Below, one piece after another: positions 33,826 to 42,241 of a DNA stretch of 64,000 nt. The notes under the pieces were generated by a model. The model had not been told where the DNA came from and did no database searches. It saw only the letters and a list, made by a program, of their open reading frames with translations. The stretch is taken from the NCBI GenBank assembly GCA_018062825.1, contig JAGORL010000001.1, forward strand, positions 125,432 to 189,431, read 5' to 3'. A program made the translations under genes and the position numbers. How positions within the stretch are numbered: the first letter of the stretch is position 1; each line of letters starts with the position of its first letter. The stretch comes from Patescibacteria group bacterium. GTDB lineage: Bacteria; Patescibacteriota; Patescibacteriia; UBA9934.

Positions 33826-35151
33826 CTACTTGTTGTCGGTGTCCGCTTCGGTGCGGACCGGTTCGAAGTTGCCGCCTTCGTCGACGGTGATCGTCGGCTC
33901 GACGTCTTCGATGAACTCGGCGAACTGCGGCGGTTTCGGGCTGCACGTGGGCTGCCCGTCACCGTTCGTCTGACCCAGGCCCCAGCACCGAGCGATCGCG
34001 CCCGACGTGGAGGGGAGGGTCGTGTAGGAGCCACCACTGACGACGATCACCTCCTTGAGGTTGATCGTCACGCCGTCGCCATCGCCAGCGACGAGCACGT
34101 GCCCACCGTTGTCACCCGCCGGACCCTTGCGCAGGTCCGGGGCGCAGACCTCCCACCTCTCGTAGTGAGAGAGGTTGGGCCAGTCGAGCTGCACGCTTTC
34201 GAGGGCGCGCTTCTCGTACTCGATGATCGTGCACTTCTGAGCCACGCCCTCGACCTCGACGGTCGCGAGCACGGTGTCGCCGGAGACGGCCACGTAGTAC
34301 TCGTGGCTCACGCTGCTCTCTCCGGGATCCGGCACGGTGGCCGGCACCACCGCGACCGGCTCGGAGCCGATCGTGGCGTTGTCACCACCGGTCGTGAGTG
34401 CGTACAGCCCGATCCCGCCGCCCGTGAAGGCGACGAACCCGAGCACACACACGAGGACCACGGCCATGACGGCCACAGCCCCGATCAGCGGTCGGTGGTT
34501 GCTCGACGCCCGGGCGACGGGGATGTCATCCTCGTCATCCGGCTCGTACTGCACCTCGGCCACCATGGGCGGCTTGGTGTCCCCGAACCACGCTCGATCG
34601 TCGACGTCGGTCGGCCCCGGCGTATTCACGGGGGGCGGCGGCGCTGCCGTCGGCTGAGGCGGCTTCAGGGAGAGCGGCGGGGGCGGGGCATCGGAAGGGG
34701 CGTCGTCCGCCTCCTCCTCCGCTCGCCTGGCCATCTCTTCCTTGGTGAACACGCCGGTTCCATCGCTCGGGTCCGGCGGGGGGAAGACCGGCTGCCTGCT
34801 GATCGTTCCCCCACGCGCACTCGGTCGCGGCGCAGGGCGCGGGTTCGGTCCCGCCCTGAGGGACTCGGGACCGACGCTCGTCGCCGGGAAGGCGACCCGC
34901 GTGCTGGATCCGCGCTCGGTGCTCGGCCCGGGGAGATCCCCGAGCGACTCGTCGAGCATGTCACCACCGACCGGTTCGAGATCTTGTCCCGACAGGTCGA
35001 TGATGGGCTCGTGAGCCCTGCTGCTCGGAACCGTCGCGACCGGAGCGGGGCGAACGGCGGGCGTGGGACGCCCCTCGTCGCTGCTCCTGTCGGCCTCGTC
35101 ACTCATGTCGTCGTCCATCGGACGACCGTCCTGTTCGTCTCCGCCCATCAT
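33826..35151 (-). CDS. single-pass membrane protein, long Pro/Asp-rich cytoplasmic N-region + 4-Cys extracytoplasmic domain (cassette copy 1)
   Basis: RBS GGAGG-5nt-ATGATG at 35151; TM helix LIGAVAVMAVVLVCVLGFVAF; C-domain ...CTIIEYEK...LDWPN.S..ERWEVC..DL......G..L.......I.L.EVI...G.YT.L.ST.GA.ARCWG.GQ.NGDGQP.C.PKP shared with the copy at 35768. Confidence 0.5.
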   Translation of the reverse strand: MMGGDEQDGRPMDDDMSDEADRSSDEGRPTPAVRPAPVATVPSSRAHEPIIDLSGQDLEPVGGDMLDESLGDLPGPSTERGSSTRVAFPATSVGPESLRAGPNPRPAPRPSARGGTISRQPVFPPPDPSDGTGVFTKEEMARRAEEEADDAPSDAPPPPLSLKPPQPTAAPPPPVNTPGPTDVDDRAWFGDTKPPMVAEVQYEPDDEDDIPVARASSNHRPLIGAVAVMAVVLVCVLGFVAFTGGGIGLYALTTGGDNATIGSEPVAVVPATVPDPGESSVSHEYYVAVSGDTVLATVEVEGVAQKCTIIEYEKRALESVQLDWPNLSHYERWEVCAPDLRKGPAGDNGGHVLVAGDGDGVTINLKEVIVVSGGSYTTLPSTSGAIARCWGLGQTNGDGQPTCSPKPPQFAEFIEDVEPTITVDEGGNFEPVRTEADTDNK

Positions 35152-35314
35152 GAGGGCCTCCAGTGCTGGTGGAAGGTGCATGTCACGAACAAAGATGCCC
35201 AAGGAGGGCAAGATCGTCGTCGACCGCGAACTATAGCCAAAAATAAGAAAAACGTCAAGCAAAGGCAGAAAAGAAACACCCGCCACATTCCGGTAAGGGA
35301 TGGGCGGGTACGTG

Positions 35315-35683
35315 CTAGGTAAGTCCGAAGGCCGCGGCAAGTGCCTGGGGGCCATACGGTTTATAGAGGACCGTGACCCCGCGCTCCTTGAGCGTGGTCA
35401 CGTCGGCATGATTGGGATTGCCCGTATTGGCTACGAAGAGCGCTTGGGGCGAGGCTTGTCCCACAAGGTCATGCACCTCGACCGAATTCCCGTGAGGAAA
35501 CTCGATGTCAGACAAGACGTAGTCGAACTTCTTGGTCATGATCGCCTTCCTGGCCTCGTGGCCGTCGGCAGCGATCGTGATGACGGTCGTGTGACCGGCA
35601 TTTGCGAACAGTCGAGCGCAGGTGCGCTGAGCCGCCCGCTGCAAGAGATCGTTATCCTCCACGATCAGGACAAAGTATTCCAC
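35315..35683 (-). CDS. stand-alone response-regulator receiver (CheY-like) protein, copy 2 (GTG start)
   Basis: VLIVEDND...FDYVLSDIEFP...YKP; RBS GGAGA upstream. Confidence 0.65.
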   Translation of the reverse strand: MEYFVLIVEDNDLLQRAAQRTCARLFANAGHTTVITIAADGHEARKAIMTKKFDYVLSDIEFPHGNSVEVHDLVGQASPQALFVANTGNPNHADVTTLKERGVTVLYKPYGPQALAAAFGLT

Positions 35684-35767
35684 ACCACTCTCCTATAAAA
35701 GATGAGAGGGGACCGACGCACAGCATGGCTGATTGTCGATCCCCTCGAGGGTTGCTGCGAAGTACTG

Positions 35768-36412
35768 CTACTTCGCGGCGGCGTTCTGGGCGACCACGTT
35801 GGCGGGCGCGGCGGGCTTCGGCGTGCAGGCGGGCTGCCCGTCACCGTTGACCTGGCCAGCACCCCAGCAGCGCGCGAGCGCTCCGGGGGTGGAGACGAGG
35901 GCGGTATAGTCGCCGGTGGTCGTGATGACCTCCGACAACTTGATCCGCTTCCCGCCGACCGTGAGCACCATCGCGCCGTGGGCATCGGCGGCCTCCTTCT
36001 TCAGGTCGGTGCCGCAGATCTCCCACCGCTCCTTGGAGCTCTTGTTCGGCCAGGTCAGGTCGACGCCCTCGATCAGGTCCTTCTCGAAGGTCACGATGGC
36101 ACACAGGTGATCCTGGCGCTTGATCGTGACCGGGGCGAGGCGGACGTCGTCGTTGACGGCGACCGTGATCGGACCGGGGGTGATGGTCACCGCGAGCGGC
36201 GTCTCGCCGGGGTCGCTGGTCTCCTCGGCCACCACCACGGTCGGCTGGTTGCCGACGGCGGGGGTGCGCGACATGTAGCCGACGCCGATCATGAGGATGA
36301 CCATGAGCACGCCGAGAAAACCGGCGATCATGAGGGGGTTGTAGCCCCCTTGGTCGTTCTTGACCTCGCTCGTGTGGGTGGTGGTCTCGGTCGTGATGGA
36401 CGGCTCGGACAT
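35768..36412 (-). CDS. single-pass membrane protein with the same 4-Cys extracytoplasmic domain (cassette copy 2)
   Basis: RBS GGAGG-4nt-ATG at 36412; MSEPSITTE...; TM LMIAGFLGVLMVILMIGVGY; C-domain ...CAIVTFEK...LTWPNKSSKERWEICGTDL...ARCWGAGQVNGDGQPACTPKP. Confidence 0.5.
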   Translation of the reverse strand: MSEPSITTETTTHTSEVKNDQGGYNPLMIAGFLGVLMVILMIGVGYMSRTPAVGNQPTVVVAEETSDPGETPLAVTITPGPITVAVNDDVRLAPVTIKRQDHLCAIVTFEKDLIEGVDLTWPNKSSKERWEICGTDLKKEAADAHGAMVLTVGGKRIKLSEVITTTGDYTALVSTPGALARCWGAGQVNGDGQPACTPKPAAPANVVAQNAAAK

Positions 36413-36537
36413 GGTGCCTCCAGAGGCGTGGGAAGGTGCGTGTCGCGATAAGTGAAGCCGTTGTGGCCTACCGATCGCTGACCAACTATAATAGCAGAAA
36501 AACCCTGTTTCGTCAAGGTTGCTGATTGCAAGAACAA

Positions 36538-36568
36538 ACAAAAACACCGCTAATTTTAGCGGTGTTTT
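36538..36568 (-). terminator. rho-independent terminator downstream of rplT (possibly bidirectional)
   Basis: AAAAACACCGCTAA-ttt-TAGCGGTGTTTTT perfect 13-bp stem flanked by A/T runs. Confidence 0.8.
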
Positions 36569-36576
36569 TGATCTGC

Positions 36577-36921
36577 TTACTTAGCAGACTCAACGATCTT
36601 TTTGAAGATTGCTGGCTGATGTTCTGCAATCTGGGCCAAAACCTTACGATCCAAGCTGATCTTTGCCTTCTTAAGGTTGGCAATGAAAGCGGAGTAGGTG
36701 GTGCCAAGTTCACGCACAGCGGCGTTGATCTTAAGGGTCCAGAGGTTGCGGAAGGTGCGCTTCTTAGCACGGCGGTCGCGGAAAGCGTAAACACCGGCTT
36801 TAAGCATAGCTGGGCGAGCAAGGCGGATCTTGCTCTTTCGGCCCCAGCGGTAGCCTTTCACGCGCTTCAAGAGGTTCTTGCGGCGCTTTGTATGTTGTGT
36901 ACCGCGTTTGACGCGTGGCAT
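36577..36921 (-). CDS. rplT: 50S ribosomal protein L20
   Basis: MPRVKRGTQHTKRRKNLLKRVKGYRWGRK... canonical L20. Confidence 0.9.
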   Translation of the reverse strand: MPRVKRGTQHTKRRKNLLKRVKGYRWGRKSKIRLARPAMLKAGVYAFRDRRAKKRTFRNLWTLKINAAVRELGTTYSAFIANLKKAKISLDRKVLAQIAEHQPAIFKKIVESAK

Positions 36922-36924
36922 AGC

Positions 36925-37122
36925 TTAGGAGGAATACGGCAAAAGTGCCTTAACAGTCTTCACGAAACGATCAGAAACAGTGATATCAGTACGCTTGTTG
37001 CGGGTGGTATTTCCACTCTCACGAGAGTTGAAATGATCCTGACCGGCCTTGCGCTTGGTCACCTTACCAGACTTCGTGATTTTAACACGCTTGGCAAGGG
37101 CCTTATAGGTTTTCATGGCCAT
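36925..37122 (-). CDS. rpmI: 50S ribosomal protein L35
   Basis: MAMKTYKALAKRVKITKSGKVTKRKAGQDH... L35 pattern; in infC-rpmI-rplT order. Confidence 0.8.
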   Translation of the reverse strand: MAMKTYKALAKRVKITKSGKVTKRKAGQDHFNSRESGNTTRNKRTDITVSDRFVKTVKALLPYSS

Positions 37123-37194
37123 AATTTGCGAATAAAAAGACGGCGGTATTGTACGGGAACCCACCTGTTACGTCAAGCGGGAAACGGGGATTCT

Positions 37195-37752
37195 TTAGGA
37201 TGCCCGGGCAATGATCATGTTAAAGCGACCATTCTGACCCTTAAACGGCGACTCAATCTTGAGTGGATAATGCGTCTGCAAACGGGTGATATAGGTATCG
37301 GTAACCTGCTTCGCAAGGTCAACGTGAGCACGCTCACGACCACGCAAGATCATTTCAATACGGATTTTATCCCCCTGTTCAAGGAATTTCTTACCTTGAT
37401 CAACGCGGATATTAAGGTCGCCCTCGCCAATACGTACAGAAAGACGAATACCCTTAACCTCAACCTCCTTGCTCTGAGCGCGCTGTTTGCGTGCTTCCTT
37501 CTCCTTTTGGTACTTGAACTGACTAAAATCACCCAAGCGGCAAACTGGTGGGTTAGCCTTTGGTGAAACCTCAATAAGATCAAGGCTGCGCTCCTGAGCT
37601 ATCGCTAGCGCCTTCTCAATGGTGAGAACACCAATGATGGCATCATTTTCATCGATCACGCGCACTTCAGGTGCATCGATCTTATCGTTGAAGCGATATT
37701 CTTGTGGACTGAATTTCGGTTTCTGAAACCGACGGTGACGGTGTATGCGCAT
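37195..37752 (-). CDS. infC: translation initiation factor IF-3
   Basis: APEVRVIDENDAIIGVLTIEKALAIAQERSLDLIEVSPKANPPVCRLGDF...IRLSVRIGEGDLNIRV...; no SD upstream, as is typical for infC. Confidence 0.85.
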   Translation of the reverse strand: MRIHRHRRFQKPKFSPQEYRFNDKIDAPEVRVIDENDAIIGVLTIEKALAIAQERSLDLIEVSPKANPPVCRLGDFSQFKYQKEKEARKQRAQSKEVEVKGIRLSVRIGEGDLNIRVDQGKKFLEQGDKIRIEMILRGRERAHVDLAKQVTDTYITRLQTHYPLKIESPFKGQNGRFNMIIARAS

Positions 37753-37849
37753 GGCAGTGGGGTTAGTAAGTAAACAGGAGATTAAAGAGTAAAGATTAAA
37801 GAGGAAAGTCTGCTTCTTTAATCTTAACCCTTTAATCTTTAATCTCACT

Positions 37850-38261
37850 TGGTGGACTTGAGGAGAGTTGAACTCCTGTCCGGTCAGCCGCCCGATAGTG
37901 ATTATTCCAAGCTCATGCACGCTTGAGAGTACGACCAGAGCGCTAAAGGCGTGCCGTAAATGCGCTCGTGAAGATCCTTTCGCCAGAGGTCACGTTGCCG
38001 GAAAAGATAACAGCAACGTCAATCCTAGATAGATATAACACCTGTGATTCTTACTCTAGGCAGCAAGAGACAGATGGTTGCAGGCTTTATTAAGCGGCAA
38101 CAAACGCGAATGAAGGTGTAGCAAATGCCGAAGCAAGTGCGGCCTTAGCGCGTGAGAATACGTTGGCAGGTATTCGAATTGCATCATTGGGTTGCGGGGT
38201 AATGGTGCACCCCCGGCTTGATCATCTATCGTTTGTACTGCCGTCGATTCCCGGCAAGCCC
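37850..38261 (-). ncRNA. ssrA: tmRNA (ssrA), about 412 nt
   Basis: 5' GGGCUUGCCGGGAAUCGACGG (tmRNA 5' consensus GG.UUCGACGG); 3' AGGAG-UUCAACU-CUCCU-CAAGUCC-ACCA; acceptor GGGCUUG/CAAGUCC with G3:U70; internal ORF ending GCG UUU GUU GCC GCU UAA UAA; 12 nt downstream of smpB stop. Confidence 0.7.
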
Positions 38262-38273
38262 ACAAACGGTTGG

Positions 38274-38717
38274 TTATTCGTGCATGTTGGCGCGAATTTC
38301 GCGCTCAACGTCACGCTTTTTGAGGGCGTCGCGCTTTTCATGGGCCTTTTTGCCCCGAGCTAGCGCAAACTCCACCTTTACCAAACCGCGACGATTATAC
38401 AAGGAAAGGGGCACGATGGTCAATCGCTCCGCATCTTGTTTTCCGCGAAGATAACCCAACTCCTTTTTTGAAACGAGCACCTTTCTACCAGTACGAGTGT
38501 CTGCGCCGTCCTTTGGCTGGCCGGCGGGGAGGTAGTGACCAATGTGCATGTTCTTCAAAAAGAGTTCACCATTCTCAATACGCAAAAACGCTCCCTTTAA
38601 GGAGGTATTGCCAGCACGAATAGATTTCACCTCAGCACCAGAGAGCATTAAGCCACCCTCAAAGGTTTGAAGGATTTCGTACTCATGACGTGCCGATCGA
38701 TTGATGGCGTACGACAT
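38274..38717 (-). CDS. smpB: SsrA-binding protein SmpB
   Basis: MSYAINRSARHEYEILQTFEGGLMLSGAEVKSIRAGNTSLKGAFLRIENGELFL... SmpB family. Confidence 0.85.
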   Translation of the reverse strand: MSYAINRSARHEYEILQTFEGGLMLSGAEVKSIRAGNTSLKGAFLRIENGELFLKNMHIGHYLPAGQPKDGADTRTGRKVLVSKKELGYLRGKQDAERLTIVPLSLYNRRGLVKVEFALARGKKAHEKRDALKKRDVEREIRANMHE

Positions 38718-38745
38718 ATGGATGAATGGTACAATATCTGTAGAT

Positions 38746-39789
38746 ATGGCGGAACGCAAAGAGCCGCAAACCCGAATGATCTCGATCTCAACCGGAACAA
38801 TCTTCCGCACGATCGTTATTTTACTCGTCTTGGGGTTCCTTTATTTCATTAGAGATATTGTCGCGCTCGTACTAGCCGGGCTCTTTTTGGCGATCTTGAT
38901 TGATCCGTTTGCTGACTTTTTAGAGCGTTACCGTATGCCACGTTCTTTGGCGGCGGTTGTGGTCTACGCTGTTGGTCTCACGCTCGTCTTTGGCGCCTTG
39001 GTTCTTGTGCTACCGCCGGTACTTGCTGAATTAAAAAACTTCTTCGCCGTTTTTGCGCCAGTACTCACGGCAGTTGGCGGTGAAGGCGTTGCACAGCAAT
39101 CAGTGAATGCTACGGATGACTGGATGCTACGTTTTGATGCTGCCTGGAGTTCAGTGCAGGCCTCAGGCGTTTCGGCAGCTGTGCCACAAGTGGTGTCATC
39201 GGCGTCAGCGGCATTTTCAGGAATCACGGCCGCTATCGTGGTACTGATTTTGGCGTTTTATCTTGTTGCTGAAAAAAATGTCTTATTGCGTGTTATTGCG
39301 GGCGCTACGCCTGAGGAGTATCAGCCGTTTGTGATGCAGGTAGCAGGGAAGGTGAGGGATCGTCTTGGGTATTGGTTGCGTGGTCAGTTGCTCCTCATGG
39401 TCGTCATCTTTGTCCTCACTTATATTGCACTTCTTATTATTGGGGTGCCATATGCGCTTATCTTGGCGCTTATCGCAGGTCTTCTTGAGATCGTGCCACT
39501 TGTGGGGCCGCTTATGTCAGGCGTGCCGGCGGTGATCTTAGCGCTCACCATTTCGCCAGTGCACGCTTTAGTCACTGCGGGCGCCTATATCCTTATTCAA
39601 GTCGTTGAGGGTAATGTGCTCGTACCAAAGGTGATGCAGAAAGCTACGGGTATTAATCCGATCATTAGTTTGATCGCTGTCTTGATCGGTTGGCGTATTG
39701 GCGGTATGGTTGGTGCCATTTTATCAATCCCGCTTGCTAATGCCGCCGCCGTCTTTATTGGAGAAATTACTAAAGCACAACGAACATAA
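38746..39789 (+). CDS. AI-2E family transporter (PerM/UPF0118-type membrane protein)
   Basis: 8 TM helices and the family's conserved ...GQLLLMVVIFVLTY...LLEIVPLVGP... region; start chosen to avoid overlap with divergent smpB. Confidence 0.65.
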   Translation: MAERKEPQTRMISISTGTIFRTIVILLVLGFLYFIRDIVALVLAGLFLAILIDPFADFLERYRMPRSLAAVVVYAVGLTLVFGALVLVLPPVLAELKNFFAVFAPVLTAVGGEGVAQQSVNATDDWMLRFDAAWSSVQASGVSAAVPQVVSSASAAFSGITAAIVVLILAFYLVAEKNVLLRVIAGATPEEYQPFVMQVAGKVRDRLGYWLRGQLLLMVVIFVLTYIALLIIGVPYALILALIAGLLEIVPLVGPLMSGVPAVILALTISPVHALVTAGAYILIQVVEGNVLVPKVMQKATGINPIISLIAVLIGWRIGGMVGAILSIPLANAAAVFIGEITKAQRT

Positions 39790-39799
39790 TCTATCTTTT

Positions 39800-40159
39800 A
39801 TGCAACGACATTGGCTTCCAGCGATTGTTATCGGGCTAACCGTGCTTCTAGCGGTCGTGTTTGCAGTGGTCATCAAGATGAATCCAAAGGAGGCGCCACC
39901 GGTGCCGCTACCTGTTGAAGCGCCAGTAACACAGGCTTCATATCAAGAAGCGGTAACCGCAATTCTCACGCAGTATCAGGACGATCAAAATGAGAAGGCT
40001 GCCTATGACGCGCTTGTTGTTGTGCGTGTGCCAAATGAAGATCAGCAGTTGCACCTTGATCTTGTGATCGCCTTTGGCAAATTGCTCGGCGGCGATGAAG
40101 AAGATGGTGAAGCTCGCCTTGCCGCGCTACGCGCTCAACACACCTGGCTTCCTCTGTGA
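39800..40159 (+). CDS. hypothetical membrane-anchored protein
   Basis: ATG at 39800, N-terminal TM helix, 119 aa. Confidence 0.3.
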   Translation: MQRHWLPAIVIGLTVLLAVVFAVVIKMNPKEAPPVPLPVEAPVTQASYQEAVTAILTQYQDDQNEKAAYDALVVVRVPNEDQQLHLDLVIAFGKLLGGDEEDGEARLAALRAQHTWLPL

Positions 40160-40920
40160 TCTTATTGCACCGCGCAACACCCATGTTCATCGGGCTCCTG
40201 ACGTTTGCGGGGTATGTTTTGATTACGCTTGCTCCGTTTACGCTAGCGCCACTAGCACTCGCTCTATTCATTATCATTCCATTTCTATTCGCCAACCTGC
40301 TCGGGTTTGAAATGCGGCGGCCGGCGTTTTGGGTATTCCTCGGAACCCCGCTTCTTTTTCTTGTCACAAGTCTCGGCTTCTTTTTATTGGCCGAGGCTGA
40401 CGCGAGTAAGTGGGCGCTAACTATTGTTGTCACAATCGGTCTGGCGCTCTACGCAGAAAATCTTTTTGCTTTTTACCACTTGCCAAGCACGTATCAGGCG
40501 TACTCACTCGAGTACCTGTCGCTCATGCTCTATATTGGCAGTTCGTTCTTCTTAGCAAGTGGCCTGTACCTTGCGCAGCTCTTCTTGGAAGTTCCGCTAC
40601 CTGTTTCTGCAGTGATCATTTTCTTTGTTGTTTTCTTCTCATCACTTGCCGAGTATTGGGTAAGTAAGATCGGTTTTGAAACAGCGCTCCCGTTCGTTGT
40701 AACGGGCGCTGTGCTTCTTACGCAGTTCTACGTAGCGCTCTCGCTTTTGCCAACCGGGTACACCACAAACGCCGCCGCCTTTGCGATCGGTTTATATGTG
40801 TATTACGGCTTGTCGCGTGCTATGGTGCTTGAGAAGTTAACAGGAACAGTTCTACGTCGGTACGCAGGATTTGGCGCAATCCTACTTGTCGGCGTGCTCA
40901 TTACCGCCTTGTGGTCATAA
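40156..40920 (+). CDS. hypothetical polytopic membrane protein
   Basis: 254 aa, about 8 hydrophobic helices; translationally coupled to flanking genes. Confidence 0.4.
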   Translation: MILLHRATPMFIGLLTFAGYVLITLAPFTLAPLALALFIIIPFLFANLLGFEMRRPAFWVFLGTPLLFLVTSLGFFLLAEADASKWALTIVVTIGLALYAENLFAFYHLPSTYQAYSLEYLSLMLYIGSSFFLASGLYLAQLFLEVPLPVSAVIIFFVVFFSSLAEYWVSKIGFETALPFVVTGAVLLTQFYVALSLLPTGYTTNAAAFAIGLYVYYGLSRAMVLEKLTGTVLRRYAGFGAILLVGVLITALWS

Positions 40921-40923
40921 TCT

Positions 40924-42039
40924 ATGCCTGAACAAAAATCTTCCATTTTCCCATTCGGATTCCTTCTACTGGCTGTAACGCTAAGCGCGGCTACGGCAGT
41001 TATTGCCGCTGTTAGTGTTTCAAATAGCCTTGATCGTTATGCAGCGACGCTCCTTGATGATCGCCGCTTTGCAGCACTTGCGCCACAAAAAGCGAGCCCA
41101 ATTCCAGGAACATATGAGGAAGCGTTGCAGCGTGTTCGAGAAAAAACCTATCCTGCTTACGCTCTGATTTTTGAAAAAGGGGCAACCACGGTTTACCCAG
41201 ATCTCTTTGTGGCAGACGCTGAAGCGTTAGCTCGCGGCATGGTGATCACCTCAGATGGCTGGATCATGACGGCATCCACGGCTGCGTTTGAGGCTGATGA
41301 GATCTCCATTGCTATTGAAGGGAAGTGGTACGTGGTGGCGCAGGTTGTGCAAGATATCGATTCGCCATACGTGCTCATGAAGGTTGCTGAGGCTTCGGGG
41401 TTAGCAACGATCGGGTTTGGTGATTCAGCTCAGATGCGCGCTGGAGAGATGGCGTTTGCTCTTACAGCTGACCGCGCAATCGAGCCTTTATCAATTGTAA
41501 ATATCGCGCCGGCAAACGGCGCAGCTCCGGAAGAGGCTGAGCGTGTGACAGACGTTTTTACGTCATCATTAAGTCTTGAGGCTGGCACTCCAGTTGTAAA
41601 TGGTTCAGGTGACGTAATCGGTTTTGCGATCGGAGAAGATGCTATTGCGCCACTACATCAAGCAACCCTCTTTGCTCGTGACGTTGTTCGCGGTCGCGAC
41701 GTAGTAGCGGCGGGGCTTGGTGTATACGTGAGTGAAGTTTCTCGTATTATAAATATCGATCCAGTTCTCGCGCAGGGACAGGTAGCGGGCGCGCTCATTG
41801 GTGCGCCTGTGCGTGGGGGAGTGGCGGTTGTTCCTGGTAGTCCCGCGGCAAACGCTGGTCTTTTAGCGAAAGATATCATTGTAGCGGTAGATGGCACGCC
41901 GCTTACGGCAGATACCTCACTTGCTGAGATGTTGCAGTTATATGATCCAGGCGAAAGCGCTCGCCTGTCATTAATGCGCTCAAACGAGCGTATCGAGGTA
42001 ACAGTTACCTTTATTGATAGCGCACAGATTGAGTACTAA
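40924..42039 (+). CDS. membrane-anchored HtrA-like protein with C-terminal PDZ domain; protease catalytic motifs degenerate
   Basis: N-terminal TM, trypsin-like core without GNSGGP, C-terminal PDZ (GAPVRGGVAVVPGSPAANAGLLAKDIIVAVDGTPL). Confidence 0.45.
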   Translation: MPEQKSSIFPFGFLLLAVTLSAATAVIAAVSVSNSLDRYAATLLDDRRFAALAPQKASPIPGTYEEALQRVREKTYPAYALIFEKGATTVYPDLFVADAEALARGMVITSDGWIMTASTAAFEADEISIAIEGKWYVVAQVVQDIDSPYVLMKVAEASGLATIGFGDSAQMRAGEMAFALTADRAIEPLSIVNIAPANGAAPEEAERVTDVFTSSLSLEAGTPVVNGSGDVIGFAIGEDAIAPLHQATLFARDVVRGRDVVAAGLGVYVSEVSRIINIDPVLAQGQVAGALIGAPVRGGVAVVPGSPAANAGLLAKDIIVAVDGTPLTADTSLAEMLQLYDPGESARLSLMRSNERIEVTVTFIDSAQIEY

Positions 42040-42060
42040 AAGATATACCCAATAAGTGGA

Positions 42061-42086
42061 AAAACCGGCTTGACGTGCCGGTTTTT
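42061..42086 (+). terminator. rho-independent terminator
   Basis: AAAACCGGC-ttgacgtg-CCGGTTTTT. Confidence 0.8.
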
Positions 42087-42241
42087 GCTTTGTTAAGGTC
42101 GGCCTGACCTCGATTTCGGGGACTTCGTGGAACGGTCGTGACGTCTCCTCCTCGTCGCGATTCGCGCCCGCGAAGTCTCCAAAGCCGAGGTCATTTTTAT
42201 TGAAAAATTGCTAGTTTTAGCCAAGGAATGACAGGGAAATC

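Noticed and set aside
33781-35322. 513-aa plus-strand ORF antisense to membrane protein A (and similar 35702-36451 +, 249 aa, antisense to protein B)
   Set aside because: Arg/Gly/Pro-rich low-complexity translation, typical of wrong-frame ORFs in high-GC DNA; the minus-strand frames have RBSs, TM helices and paralogous domains.
38056-38363. ORFs 38056-38265 (-) and 38163-38363 (+)
   Set aside because: They lie inside the tmRNA gene; no RBS, no conservation signal.
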